Notes: generated by a model from the letters alone, not told the origin. Numbered from the stretch's first letter, positions 17,054 through 27,257 are shown. The stretch is DNA of 32,000 nucleotides from Pseudoalteromonas translucida KMM 520 (GCF_001465295.1 NZ_CP011034.1:1650001-1682000); one strand, 5' to 3'. Program-made: numbers and translations.

Positions 17054-17303
17054 AAAACAAACCTGTTAATACAACATATTTCAAAGCTAACATAGTTCTA
17101 TTGATTTATTTACCCATTGCGACCAGCAAAATGGATTAAGAGATAAAATATAAACCTTATAGGCCGCTCACTCGTATTTAATTACTTACCAAGTTGAAAT
17201 AATAATTCAACAGGTAAGGTCTTTATTAAAGCCTGTTACTATTTTTTGTTGAAAATACATTCGCAACAGTAACCGGCCTTAGCATTTATTTATGAGGTAG
17301 TTT

Positions 17304-18587
17304 ATGTCGCATCAGGGTTTAATTTATTTATCTAGCGTTGCTATTTTATTTAGCGCAAGCAGCGTTGCTTTATCAATGGAAAAAGTAGTGCAAAGTAATG
17401 TTCAAGCGACTATGCACGTAGAAACGCTAGTACTTGGCTCAGGTTGCTTTTGGGGTGCTGAAAAGCGCTACGAAGCACTTAATGGTGTTATTGATGCTGA
17501 GTCAGGTTATGCCGATGGAAACGGCTTTAAAGCTACTTACAGCAATATAACCAGTCAATCACGCCGCTTTGACGAGGACAATTACGCCGAAGTTGTACAA
17601 GTTACCTATAACAGTAATATTATTAGCGCAAAGGAGCTACTCGAAAACTACTTTGAAAGCCACGACCCAACACAAAAAAATCGCCAAGGTAACGATATAG
17701 GTACTCAGTATCGCTCAATTGTTTTAACCACCACTATTGAGCAAGCAAAAGTAGCAAAGCAAGTTAAATCGCAATATCAACAACTGCTTACACAAGCAGA
17801 ATACGGTACTATTGCAACTATCATTAAGCCACTTAACACTTTTTATGCAGCTGAAGAATATCATCAAAATTATTTAGAAAAAAATCCAAATGGCTATTGC
17901 CCTGATCACTCAACTGGCGTGGTGTTTAACAAAAAAGCGCCCGAACAAGTAGATAACTCCGCTTTATTAATGGGTAAACAAATAGTGGTATTAGACTCAC
18001 GCGAATACTGCCCATACTGTGAAAAATTTAAAAGCACTGTAGCGAACGACTACAAAGGCAGTATTGCTATGAGCTTTCGCCACGCCGATCAACTCCAAGG
18101 TTTAACCATTAAGTCGGCAACGTGGGCAACCCCCACTATTTTATTTTTAGAAAATGGCACTGAAGTATACGGACGTCAAGGCTATGCAAGCCCAGAGGCA
18201 TTTTACAAAGCCCTTGGCGCATTTAAACTAGGCGATAGTGAAGCCTATAAAGTTGCATTTAATTCAAAAACCGATCGCGCTTATTGCAAAGAATACAAAA
18301 TTTTTAAAAATACACCCGATGGCACCTTTGTCGATAAGCTCAGTGGCGAGCCGTTATTTGATACACGCGATAGGTTTAACTCTGGAACTGGGTGGTTATC
18401 GTTTACGCATCCAATAAAAAGTAGCGTTACTGAACATGACGACAGTAGCTGGGGAATGACCCGCATTGAGCTGCGCTCTAAAAGTACTGGCATACACTTA
18501 GGGCATTTATTCCCCGGGGAAGGCCCTCGCGGTACAGACCGTTATTGTATAAACGCCACGGTACTTGAATTTATGCCAAGGGATTAA
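17304..18587 (+). CDS. msrAB: Secreted tri-domain peptide-methionine sulfoxide reductase: MsrA, thioredoxin-like (CPYC), MsrB
   Basis: Signal-peptide-like N-terminus (LIYLSSVAILFSASSVALS). MsrA is marked by GSGCFWGAEKRY and EYHQNYLEKNPNGYC. A central thioredoxin-fold segment carries CPYC. The MsrB-type C-terminus has GTGWLSF, HLGHLFPGEGP and RYCINATVLEF, and lacks the two Zn CxxC pairs. Confidence 0.85.
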   Translation: MSHQGLIYLSSVAILFSASSVALSMEKVVQSNVQATMHVETLVLGSGCFWGAEKRYEALNGVIDAESGYADGNGFKATYSNITSQSRRFDEDNYAEVVQVTYNSNIISAKELLENYFESHDPTQKNRQGNDIGTQYRSIVLTTTIEQAKVAKQVKSQYQQLLTQAEYGTIATIIKPLNTFYAAEEYHQNYLEKNPNGYCPDHSTGVVFNKKAPEQVDNSALLMGKQIVVLDSREYCPYCEKFKSTVANDYKGSIAMSFRHADQLQGLTIKSATWATPTILFLENGTEVYGRQGYASPEAFYKALGAFKLGDSEAYKVAFNSKTDRAYCKEYKIFKNTPDGTFVDKLSGEPLFDTRDRFNSGTGWLSFTHPIKSSVTEHDDSSWGMTRIELRSKSTGIHLGHLFPGEGPRGTDRYCINATVLEFMPRD

Positions 18588-18606
18588 ATAAAATACACTG
18601 ACATAT

Positions 18607-18643
18607 AAAAGCCCAGTAAAGTTAACTCTTACTGGGCTTTTTA
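18607..18643 (+). terminator. Rho-independent terminator after msrAB
   Basis: AAAAGCCCAGTAA (18607-18619) pairs with TTACTGGGCTTTT (18629-18641) around a 9-nt loop, followed by T residues. Confidence 0.8.
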
Positions 18644-18678
18644 ATTAAGGCTTTAATTAACAGCAGTATTGAATTAAT

Positions 18679-18956
18679 TTACAGACTTGGTTTGTGTGTT
18701 TTTAAAGTAGCTACAACCCACTTAGCAAATAAATCAAGCGAATTATTTACATTACTAGGCTCTTGTTGCACTAAATAGTACTTATCTTTAGTGGTAAGCG
18801 GGCGCTCGAATAGCGCTATACCAAGTTGCTTTTTAGTTGTTTAATTTGATGACTTACAGGCAAAGGAATTAAATACACTTCATTTACTGCATGCTTAAAG
18901 CTTAAACTTCGTGCCGCGAAGCAAAATGAGCGAAGACCACGTATAGGAGTTTGCAT
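18679..18956 (-). pseudogene. Decayed LysR-family (GcvA-like) regulator: HTH N-terminus, frameshift, large internal deletion
   Basis: MQTPIRGLRSFCFAARSLSFKHAVNEVYLIPLPVSHQIKQL reads as a LysR HTH, then the frame stops. The next frame continues KQLGIALFER and joins directly to a LysR C-terminal-like tail (KDKYYLVQQEP...LFAKWVVATLKTHKPSL*). The total is about 92 codons, against roughly 300 for an intact LysR. Confidence 0.7.
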
Positions 18957-19074
18957 GTTTTCCAATATAAAGTTGTTTGAGTCGCCTATATAAGGCAATA
19001 ACTGAACCAATTATTAAAATCAATAATATCAGAAGGTTGAAGTTTTTACTGCATTAAGTTCACAATAATGGTGC

Positions 19075-19106
19075 AACAAGGTAACAAGGTAACAAGGTAA
19101 CAAGGT
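19075..19106. repeat. Perfect 8-bp tandem repeat, (AACAAGGT) x4, flanked by GGTGCA on both sides
   Basis: Read directly: units at 19075-19082, 19083-19090, 19091-19098 and 19099-19106. GGTGCA occurs at 19070-19075 and 19107-19112. Non-coding. Confidence 0.95.
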
Positions 19107-19176
19107 GGTGCAGGGCAGTTACAAGTTAGGACAAAATTTCAGCTTCTCAAAATAATAATAAAACCCAGAAAATAGG

Positions 19177-19202
19177 CAAAAAAAATCCCTCGTTAGAGGG
19201 AT
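19177..19202 (-). terminator. Rho-independent terminator at the end of the liu-sco operon
   Basis: On the - strand, ATCCCTC / GAGGGAT (19185-19191 and 19196-19202) form a stem with a 4-nt loop, followed by an 8-T run (A run 19177-19184 on the + strand). Confidence 0.8.
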
Positions 19203-19269
19203 TTTGGGTAACTCAGCGCCATTGGCACTGGGAATGAGGTCGGTACAAGGTAAAGTTTAAACCTAGGGC

Positions 19270-19926
19270 TTAAAACACCATTTCTGGTACATCACCGTCA
19301 ACAAGTAATTTACCTGCTGTTTTACTAATAATTTCATCTACAGATACGCCCGGAGCGCGCTCTAACAGATGAAATGCGCCGTCTTTAACTTCTAGTACGG
19401 CTAAATCTGTGACTATTTTTTTAACGCAATTAACGCCTGTAAGCGGTAATGTGCAGGCCTCTAATAGCTTTGAGTCGCCGTGCTTACTGGCGTGGGTCAT
19501 GGTTACAATAATATTTTGTGCGCCTGCAACTAAGTCCATTGCGCCGCCCATGCCTTTAATTAGCTTTTTAGGGATCATCCACGACGCTATGCTACCGTTT
19601 TGATCTACCTCAAAAGCCCCCAGAACGGTTAAGTCTACATGACCACCGCGTATCATGGCAAAACTATCTGCACTATTAAATATGGCTGCACCTTTTGCAG
19701 CTGTCACGGTTTCTTTACCCGCGTTAATCATATCGGCGTCTAGCTCTGCTTTAGTTGGGTATGGTCCCATGCCTAACAAGCCATTTTCGGACTGTAACAT
19801 AACTTCAATATCGTCTGGAACATAGTTTGCGACGAGTGTCGGAATTCCTATGCCTAAATTAACGTAATAGCCATCTTTAAGCTCTTGTGCAACGCGCATT
19901 GCTACTTGTTCACGTGATAATGCCAT
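19270..19926 (-). CDS. scoB: 3-oxoacid (succinyl-CoA:acetoacetate) CoA-transferase subunit B
   Basis: 218 aa. Family-I CoA-transferase beta subunit with the SENG catalytic-Glu motif (MLQSENGLLGMGP). Confidence 0.9.
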   Translation of the reverse strand: MALSREQVAMRVAQELKDGYYVNLGIGIPTLVANYVPDDIEVMLQSENGLLGMGPYPTKAELDADMINAGKETVTAAKGAAIFNSADSFAMIRGGHVDLTVLGAFEVDQNGSIASWMIPKKLIKGMGGAMDLVAGAQNIIVTMTHASKHGDSKLLEACTLPLTGVNCVKKIVTDLAVLEVKDGAFHLLERAPGVSVDEIISKTAGKLLVDGDVPEMVF

Positions 19927-19943
19927 AATATTAATGCTCCTGC

Positions 19944-20642
19944 TTAATCTCGTGTGGTAACACGCTCAATGCGTTTTTCAAAGTTGCCTTTAATAACGCG
20001 GTTTACATAAATGCCTGGGGTATGAATTTGGCTTGGCTCAAGTTCACCCGGCTCTACAATTTCTTCCACTTCGGCTACCGTAATTTTACCAGCAGTTGCA
20101 GCAAGTGGATTAAAGTTCATAGCTGTATGGCGAAACACTAAATTACCAAAGCGGTCGGCTTTCCATGCTTTAACAATAGCAAATTCACCGGTTATCGACT
20201 CTTCTAAAATATAAGGGCGACCATTAAATTCTTTTACATCTTTACCCTCGGCAACAGGCGTACCGTAACCTGTTGCGGTGTAAAACGCTGGAATACCCGC
20301 ACCACCAGCACGCATTTTTTCTGCCAATGTACCTTGTGGTGTAAGCTCTACGTCAATTTCACCACTGAGTAACTGTTGCTCAAATAGGGCGTTTTCGCCA
20401 ACGTATGAGGCAATTACTTTTTTAATTTGTTTGTCTTGTAATAAAATGCCTAAACCAAAGTCATCAACACCGCAGTTATTAGACACCACAGTGAGCTCTT
20501 TGGTTTTCATTTGCTTAATTTGTTTAATTAAGCCCTCAGGAATACCACATAAACCAAAACCACCGGCAATTACGGTATCGCCGTCTTTTAATCCTGCCAT
20601 TGCAGCTTCGTAACTAGAAACTACCTTATCAAATCCGGCCAT
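19944..20642 (-). CDS. scoA: 3-oxoacid CoA-transferase subunit A
   Basis: 232 aa. Alpha-subunit blocks are present ([40 protein letters not shown]). GAGGAG Shine-Dalgarno sequence upstream. Confidence 0.9.
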   Translation of the reverse strand: MAGFDKVVSSYEAAMAGLKDGDTVIAGGFGLCGIPEGLIKQIKQMKTKELTVVSNNCGVDDFGLGILLQDKQIKKVIASYVGENALFEQQLLSGEIDVELTPQGTLAEKMRAGGAGIPAFYTATGYGTPVAEGKDVKEFNGRPYILEESITGEFAIVKAWKADRFGNLVFRHTAMNFNPLAATAGKITVAEVEEIVEPGELEPSQIHTPGIYVNRVIKGNFEKRIERVTTRD

Positions 20643-20730
20643 GAGTCACTCCTCATTGTGTGCTTAAATTGTTTAACTAACTACATGATAGTTAGTTTAT
20701 AAGTACTTTGTATAAAAATTATTTGGGATG

Positions 20731-21627
20731 TTATTTCGCTTGCAATGCAATCGACACTTTACTTACGGGTTGTTTGCCAAGCGCTTTTGTTATTTGCCAT
20801 CCTGCATCACTAAGCCTTTGTAAATCAATTGCGTGCTCAATGCCAAGCCCTTGCAGTAAGTAAACTACGTCTTCGGTGGCAACATTTCCTGACGCCCCTT
20901 GAGCGTAAGGGCAACCACCAAGGCCTGCTACTGCCGCGTCAACCGTTGCTATACCTAAGTTTAGTGCCGCGTAAATATTTGTGAGCGCTTGGCCGTAAGT
21001 GTCATGAAAATGCACTGCAAGCTGCGACTTATCAATGTGCTGTAATAGTAAAGTAAGTAACTCAGTTACCTTTTTGGCTGTGCCTACACCTATGGTATCG
21101 CCAAGGCTTATTTCATAACAGCCCAGTGCGAGTAGCTTTTGGCTAACATAAAGTACAGCTTGAGGGTCTATTTCGCCTTCATATGGGCAACCTAAAACAC
21201 AACTTACATAACCGCGTACACGAATGTTATGCGCTTTGGCAAATTCCATAACTTCGCTAAAGCGCTCAATACTTTGCTCAATACTGCAGTTAATGTTTTT
21301 TTGACAAAACGATTCGCTAGCCGCTGTAAATATGGCAAATTCTTTAATTCCAGCAGCATGCGCTGCTTGTGCGCCTTTTAAGTTAGGTGTTAACGCACTT
21401 AAGTTTACATCGGGCAAATTAAGAGCCGATATCACATCAGCTGAGTCTGCCATTTGCGGCACCCATTTAGGGGATACAAAAGCACCGGCTTCAATGTCTT
21501 TTAAACCCGCAGCAGCAAGCGCGTTAATAAGCGCTACTTTGTCGGCAGTGGTTACTGCTTTTTCGTTTTGTAGGCCATCGCGCGCGCCTACTTCAACAAT
21601 ACGTACTTTTTGCGGAAAAACGCTCAT
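20731..21627 (-). CDS. liuE: Hydroxymethylglutaryl-CoA lyase
   Basis: 298 aa with VRIVEVGARDGLQNE, ISLGDTIGVG, HFHDTYGQALTN and GLGGCPYA. Its start overlaps the liuD stop (TAATG). Confidence 0.93.
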   Translation of the reverse strand: MSVFPQKVRIVEVGARDGLQNEKAVTTADKVALINALAAAGLKDIEAGAFVSPKWVPQMADSADVISALNLPDVNLSALTPNLKGAQAAHAAGIKEFAIFTAASESFCQKNINCSIEQSIERFSEVMEFAKAHNIRVRGYVSCVLGCPYEGEIDPQAVLYVSQKLLALGCYEISLGDTIGVGTAKKVTELLTLLLQHIDKSQLAVHFHDTYGQALTNIYAALNLGIATVDAAVAGLGGCPYAQGASGNVATEDVVYLLQGLGIEHAIDLQRLSDAGWQITKALGKQPVSKVSIALQAK

Positions 21628-23633
21628 TATGCGCCTCCCTCAGCAGGGTCACTTGCAACTGTCGTATCTTCAACAATAGCCAATAACGCGCCATGGCTTA
21701 CCAGTTCACCTTCGGCAAAACAATAGCTTTGTAAAATACCATCGTGCGGGGCATTGAGCGTATATTCCATTTTCATCGCTTCAATAATAACCACAGGATC
21801 ACCTTTGGTAATGCTACTGCCAAGCTTAACTAAGTGTTTTACTACCGTACCATTTAGTGGTGCAGCTAAAGGCAGGGCATCGCTTTGATGATCGCTAATA
21901 TAGTGTTTATTTACTAGCTCTAGGCGAGTTTGCAGTGCTTTGTGCATTACGGTGATCACGTTATTAACGCGACTTACGTGGGCTGTGTGTTTTTCGCCGT
22001 TTATAAATACACTACAAAGGCCATTATTTAAAGTGCCTTGAACATTAAATACGTGCTCATTATGGGTAATACTGTAGCCATTTTTCGTTTTAACCGCATT
22101 AAGGGTTAAATCAACAAACGCAATTTTAACGCTTTGCGGTGCATTAAGGGCAAAGCCACTTAGTTGTTGCCAAGGGCTTGCATTTGGCGCTTTGTCTTGG
22201 GTGCTAACTAACTGCTCTAAATAAGTAAAGGCTGCAATAAGCTGGCTTGCTTGGCGCAAAGATTGATCAACCGACACTAACGAATCGCCTTGCTCGGCAA
22301 TAAAGTGAGTGCTAGGCGCGCCTTGTTTAAAGCTAGGGTGCACAGCTAAGTTATGTAAAAAGCCAATGTTAGTACTAAAGCCCGCTAAGTGAAATTGCTC
22401 AAGCGCGTGTTGTAAACGGCTCAGCGCTTGTTCGCGATTGTCATCATGCACAATTAACTTGGCTATCATGGGGTCGTAATATGGGCTAATTTCATCACCG
22501 GCTGCAATGCCAGTATCAATGCGCACAAACTCACTGTTTAGCGGGGTATAAAGTGCTTCAATTGTGCCTGAGCACGGAATAAACTCATTAGCAGGGTCTT
22601 CAGCGTAAATACGCGCTTCAAAGCTGTGGCCTTGCAATTTAATATCGGCTTGTTTGAGTGGCAGTGTTTGCCCGCCCGCAATATTAATTTGCCACGTAAC
22701 TAAATCAACACCAGTAACCATTTCGGTAACCGGGTGCTCTACTTGCAGGCGCGTGTTCATTTCCATAAAGAAGAACTCATCGCCACACAGTAAAAATTCA
22801 ACCGTACCTGCACCGCGATAGTTTATGGCAAGTGCACAACGTACCGCAGCTTCACCCATTTCTTTGCGCAACTTGTCTGATAAACCCGGGGCAGGGGCTT
22901 CTTCAATTACTTTTTGATGACGACGTTGCAACGAGCAATCACGATCGCCTAAATAAACACAGTTACCGTGGTTATCGGCAAACACTTGTACTTCTACGTG
23001 GCGTGGTTGGTTAACGTAGCGCTCTAGCAATACTAAGTCGTTACCAAAACCAGCAACGGCTTCACGCTGTGCGCCTTCAAGTGCGCTAATAAATTCATTG
23101 GCATGATTTACCACGCGCATGCCTTTACCGCCGCCACCAAATGCTGCTTTGATCAGTACCGGATAGCCAATTTTTTCGGCCTCTGCTTGTAAAAAAGCAG
23201 GATCTTGCTTGTCGCCATAATAACCAGGTACTAATGGCACATTAGCCGCGGCCATAATTTCTTTAGCACGCGTTTTAGAGCCCATTGCTTCAATGCTGCT
23301 TGCTGGTGGCCCAACAAATACAATATTATTTGCTTCACATGCGTTGGCAAACGTGCTGTTTTCAGACAAAAACCCATAACCAGGGTGAATACAATCTGCG
23401 CCGCTGTCTTTTGCTACTTGCAGTATTTTATCGGCAACTAAATACGAGTCTTTACTTGGCGCTGGGCCAATGTGGTAGGCTTCGTCAGCCATTTTTACAT
23501 GCTGCGCGTGTTTATCAGCATCGGAATACACAGCAACTGTGGTTAAGCCCATTAATTTAGCACTGCGCATTATTCTGCATGCTATTTCACCACGGTTAGC
23601 AATGAGTATTTTTTGTAATTTATTTACGTTCAT
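21627..23633 (-). CDS. liuD: 3-methylcrotonyl-CoA carboxylase alpha (biotin carboxylase plus biotinyl) subunit
   Basis: Biotin carboxylase N-terminus (KILIANRGEIACRI), ATP-grasp motifs, and a C-terminal biotinyl motif (EAMKME). The ORF opens at 23654, but the ATG at 23633 (MNVNKLQK...) has AGGA 7 nt upstream and avoids overlap with liuC. Confidence 0.93.
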   Translation of the reverse strand: MNVNKLQKILIANRGEIACRIMRSAKLMGLTTVAVYSDADKHAQHVKMADEAYHIGPAPSKDSYLVADKILQVAKDSGADCIHPGYGFLSENSTFANACEANNIVFVGPPASSIEAMGSKTRAKEIMAAANVPLVPGYYGDKQDPAFLQAEAEKIGYPVLIKAAFGGGGKGMRVVNHANEFISALEGAQREAVAGFGNDLVLLERYVNQPRHVEVQVFADNHGNCVYLGDRDCSLQRRHQKVIEEAPAPGLSDKLRKEMGEAAVRCALAINYRGAGTVEFLLCGDEFFFMEMNTRLQVEHPVTEMVTGVDLVTWQINIAGGQTLPLKQADIKLQGHSFEARIYAEDPANEFIPCSGTIEALYTPLNSEFVRIDTGIAAGDEISPYYDPMIAKLIVHDDNREQALSRLQHALEQFHLAGFSTNIGFLHNLAVHPSFKQGAPSTHFIAEQGDSLVSVDQSLRQASQLIAAFTYLEQLVSTQDKAPNASPWQQLSGFALNAPQSVKIAFVDLTLNAVKTKNGYSITHNEHVFNVQGTLNNGLCSVFINGEKHTAHVSRVNNVITVMHKALQTRLELVNKHYISDHQSDALPLAAPLNGTVVKHLVKLGSSITKGDPVVIIEAMKMEYTLNAPHDGILQSYCFAEGELVSHGALLAIVEDTTVASDPAEGGA

Positions 23634-23641
23634 AATTAATC

Positions 23642-24412
23642 CTACAGTTGCCATTGTGGTGGACGTTTGTCAAAAAAAGCGCTTAAGCCTTCTTGGCCTT
23701 CATCCGATACACGAATTTTGGCAATACGATGAGCGGTAAGCTCAATTAGCTCATCGGTTATTTCTTTATTTGCTACATCGTTAATAAGTGCTTTTGCCGC
23801 TTTTACTGCAACCGGGCCATTATCAATCAATGTTTGCAGCATAGCGTCGAGTGCACATTCTAAATTACCGGTTACTTGATGAATTAACCCAAGTTGCTTA
23901 GCGGTATGCGCATCAAACACCTCGGCAGTTAAAAAGTATCTGCGCGCTGCACGCTCACCAATGGCTTTAATTACATAAGGGCTAATAACCGCAGGAATAA
24001 GCCCTAGCTTTACTTCGCTTAGGCAAAATTGTGCATTGTCTTGGCATATTGCAATGTCACAACAGGCAATTAAACCTAAAGCGCCGCCAAACGCAGCACC
24101 TTGCACGGCACAAATAGTAGGGTGCGGGCTTGTTGCTAACACTTGCATTAATTTAGCTAACTGCATTGAATCGGCTAAATTATCGTTAACATTGTTATCT
24201 GCCATCGATTTCATCCAGGCTAAATCGGCACCGGCTGAAAAATGTTTGCCCTCAGTTTTTAACACCAAGGCGCGAATATCGAGCGTATTAGCATGTTCAA
24301 TACATTTTATAAGCTCTTGAATGACTTCGCTGTTAAATGCATTGCGTTTTTCTGGGCGGCTTAAAACGAGTACCGCCACATTTGATTTTGTTATTTGTAG
24401 AGTAACTGACAT
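23642..24412 (-). CDS. liuC: Methylglutaconyl-CoA hydratase (crotonase family)
   Basis: 256 aa crotonase fold (FSAGADL, GAAFGGALGL). Its position between the MCCase subunits supports the call. Confidence 0.85.
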   Translation of the reverse strand: MSVTLQITKSNVAVLVLSRPEKRNAFNSEVIQELIKCIEHANTLDIRALVLKTEGKHFSAGADLAWMKSMADNNVNDNLADSMQLAKLMQVLATSPHPTICAVQGAAFGGALGLIACCDIAICQDNAQFCLSEVKLGLIPAVISPYVIKAIGERAARRYFLTAEVFDAHTAKQLGLIHQVTGNLECALDAMLQTLIDNGPVAVKAAKALINDVANKEITDELIELTAHRIAKIRVSDEGQEGLSAFFDKRPPQWQL

Positions 24413-24424
24413 TTTGCGCTCCGA

Positions 24425-26032
24425 TTACATTCTAAATACGCCAAATTTCGACTCTTGCACTGGTGCATTACTAGCGGCACTTAAGGCAAGTCCTAAAACG
24501 CTACGTGTGTCGGCAGGATCAATAATGCCGTCATCCCATAAGCGGGCACTGGCATAATACGGATGACCTTGCTCTTCGTACTGATCAATAATTGGCTGTT
24601 TAAAGTCACTTACCTCTTGCTCGCTCATGCTTTGGCCTTTACGGGCTAAACCGTCTTGCTTAACTTGCGTCATTACACCGGCTGCTTGCTCGCCGCCCAT
24701 TACAGAAATACGCGCATTAGGCCACATCCACATCATGGTAGGTTCAAATGCACGGCCACACATGCCGTAATTACCTGCGCCATATGAGCCACCAATCAGT
24801 ACGGTAAATTTAGGCACATCGGCACACGATACCGCCATAACCATTTTAGCGCCGTGTTTAGCTATACCTTCGGCTTCGTATTTTTTACCTACCATAAAGC
24901 CGGTTACGTTTTGTAAAAACACTAAAGGAATGTTGCGCTGCGTACATAGCTGAATAAAGTGCGCGCCTTTTTGCGCCGACTCACTAAATAAAATACCGTT
25001 GTTAGCGACTATACCAACGGGGTGGCCATAAATACTCGCAAATCCCGTTACTAGGGTTTCGCCAAAGTAGCGTTTAAATTCGTCAAACGACGAATCATCA
25101 ACTGTGCGCGCTATTACTTCGCGTACATCAAATGGCTTTTTAAGATCGGTGCCAACAATGCCGTAAAGCTCGTTAATATCAAAACGAGGTGCTTTAACTT
25201 CCTCTAGCAACGGCGCAGTAGGGCGGGTGTAGTTAATACGCGCTATACATTGGCGCGCAATCGACAACGCATGTTCGTCATTTTGGGCGTAATGATCGGC
25301 AACCCCCGATGTTTTACAGTGCACGTCGGCACCACCAAGCTCTTCGGCGGTTACTACTTCACCGGTAGCAGCTTTAACAAGAGGCGGGCCCGCTAAAAAT
25401 ATAGTGCCTTGATCTTTTACAATGATACTTTCATCGGCCATGGCCGGTACATACGCCCCGCCTGCGGTACATAAACCCATAACCACTGCAATTTGTGGAA
25501 TACCTTTACCCGACATACGCGCTTGGTTGTAAAATATACGGCCAAAATGCAGTTTATCTGGAAATACATCATCTTGCTCTGGCAAGTTTGCACCGCCTGA
25601 GTCAACTAAATAAATGCAGGGTAAATGGCAACGCTCAGCAATATCTTGCGCGCGTAAATGCTTTTTAACCGTTAGCGGAAAGTAAGTACCGCCTTTAACC
25701 GTAGCATCGTTCGCAATAATCATGCATTCAACACCTTTAACACGGCCAATACCGGCTACTACACCAGCACACGCAATTTCTTGCTCGTAAACACCAAAGG
25801 CGGCAAATTGCGAAATTTCTAAAAACGGCGAACCTTCGTCAATTAAGGTACTAATACGGTCGCGTACAAATAATTTACCGCGGCCTTCGTGGCGCTCTTT
25901 TAATGCAGCGCCGCCACCTTGGCTAATGGTTGCCACTTTATTACGTAAATCATCTACCAACGCCGACATATTTTTATGGTTTTGTACAAACGTTGGATCG
26001 TGAGGATTAACGCTCGATGTTAAAATCGTCAT
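24425..26032 (-). CDS. liuB: 3-methylcrotonyl-CoA carboxylase beta (carboxyltransferase) subunit
   Basis: 535 aa carboxyltransferase ([41 protein letters not shown]). Confidence 0.93.
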   Translation of the reverse strand: MTILTSSVNPHDPTFVQNHKNMSALVDDLRNKVATISQGGGAALKERHEGRGKLFVRDRISTLIDEGSPFLEISQFAAFGVYEQEIACAGVVAGIGRVKGVECMIIANDATVKGGTYFPLTVKKHLRAQDIAERCHLPCIYLVDSGGANLPEQDDVFPDKLHFGRIFYNQARMSGKGIPQIAVVMGLCTAGGAYVPAMADESIIVKDQGTIFLAGPPLVKAATGEVVTAEELGGADVHCKTSGVADHYAQNDEHALSIARQCIARINYTRPTAPLLEEVKAPRFDINELYGIVGTDLKKPFDVREVIARTVDDSSFDEFKRYFGETLVTGFASIYGHPVGIVANNGILFSESAQKGAHFIQLCTQRNIPLVFLQNVTGFMVGKKYEAEGIAKHGAKMVMAVSCADVPKFTVLIGGSYGAGNYGMCGRAFEPTMMWMWPNARISVMGGEQAAGVMTQVKQDGLARKGQSMSEQEVSDFKQPIIDQYEEQGHPYYASARLWDDGIIDPADTRSVLGLALSAASNAPVQESKFGVFRM

Positions 26033-26042
26033 TATTTAATCC

Positions 26043-27218
26043 TTAACGGCTTTCAGTGAAAAGTTCGCGGCCAATTAGCATACGGCGTATTTCTGAGGTA
26101 CCTGCACCAATTTCATATAATTTAGCATCACGTAGTAGGCGGCCCGTTGCGTATTCGTTTATGTAACCATTGCCACCTAAAATTTGAATTGCATCTAGCG
26201 CCATTTTAGTTGCCAGCTCTGCTGCATATAAAATAGCACCGGCAGCATCTTTACGGGTGGTTTCACCGCGATCACACGAGCGAGCCACTGTATATACATA
26301 CGAGCGCGCGGCGTTCATTTGCGTATACATGTCGGCTACTTTGCCTTGAATTAACTGAAACTGACCAATAGGTGTATCAAACTGTTTACGCTCATGAATA
26401 TAAGGTACAACAATATCCATACACGCTTGCATAATACCCAGTGGGCCTGCTGCAAGCACTACGCGCTCGTAGTCTAGGCCGCTCATTAATACCTTAACGC
26501 CTTCGTTTAAGTTACCTAAAATATTTTCTTCGGGTACTTCGCAGTTTTCAAATACCAGTTCACACGTATTTGAGCCTCGCATACCAAGTTTGTCGAGCTT
26601 TTGTGCGGTTGAAAAACCAGGAAAGTCGCTCTCTACAATAAATGCAGTAATACCTTTTGCGCCGGCTGTTAAATCGGTTTTAGCGTAAATAACTAAAGTA
26701 TGCGCATCTGGACCATTGGTGATCCACATTTTATTACCGTTTAAAATGTACTTATCGCCTTTTTTCTCGGCTTTAAGCTTCATTGAAACTACGTCAGACC
26801 CCGCATTTGGCTCGCTCATAGCAAGGGCACCAATGTGCTCACCGCTAATAAGCTTAGGCAAGTATTTTTCTTTTTGGGCTTGCGTGCCATTACGGTTAAT
26901 TTGGTTTACACACAGGTTTGAATGCGCACCATAGCTTAGGCCAATAGAAGCACTTGCACGGCTAATTTCTTCCATGGCAATAACATGCTCTAAATAACCT
27001 AAACCAGCACCGCCAAATTCTTCAGCTACTGTCATTCCCAGTAAACCCATTTCGCCCATTTGTGGCCAAAGTTGATTTGGGAAAGCGTTATCAAGGTCAG
27101 TTTTTTCGGCTAGTGGGGCAATTTCTTGGCTGGCAAAGCTGTTTACATGTCCGCGGATCATATCGGCGGTTTCGCCAAGGCCAAAGTTCATTTCTTTATA
27201 TAGTGAAATAGTGCTCAT
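26043..27218 (-). CDS. liuA: Isovaleryl-CoA dehydrogenase
   Basis: 391 aa acyl-CoA dehydrogenase ([13 protein letters not shown], catalytic-Glu region [12 protein letters not shown]). It is the first structural gene after liuR. Confidence 0.9.
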   Translation of the reverse strand: MSTISLYKEMNFGLGETADMIRGHVNSFASQEIAPLAEKTDLDNAFPNQLWPQMGEMGLLGMTVAEEFGGAGLGYLEHVIAMEEISRASASIGLSYGAHSNLCVNQINRNGTQAQKEKYLPKLISGEHIGALAMSEPNAGSDVVSMKLKAEKKGDKYILNGNKMWITNGPDAHTLVIYAKTDLTAGAKGITAFIVESDFPGFSTAQKLDKLGMRGSNTCELVFENCEVPEENILGNLNEGVKVLMSGLDYERVVLAAGPLGIMQACMDIVVPYIHERKQFDTPIGQFQLIQGKVADMYTQMNAARSYVYTVARSCDRGETTRKDAAGAILYAAELATKMALDAIQILGGNGYINEYATGRLLRDAKLYEIGAGTSEIRRMLIGRELFTESR

Positions 27219-27257
27219 GATTCATTCCTGTGTGATTGATTAAGTTAATACCGCGTA

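Noticed and set aside
21332-21679. 115-aa + strand ORF
   Set aside because: It lies entirely antisense to liuE and liuD, has an Ala/Ser/Thr-rich low-complexity translation, and has no RBS. It is a shadow ORF of strongly supported genes.
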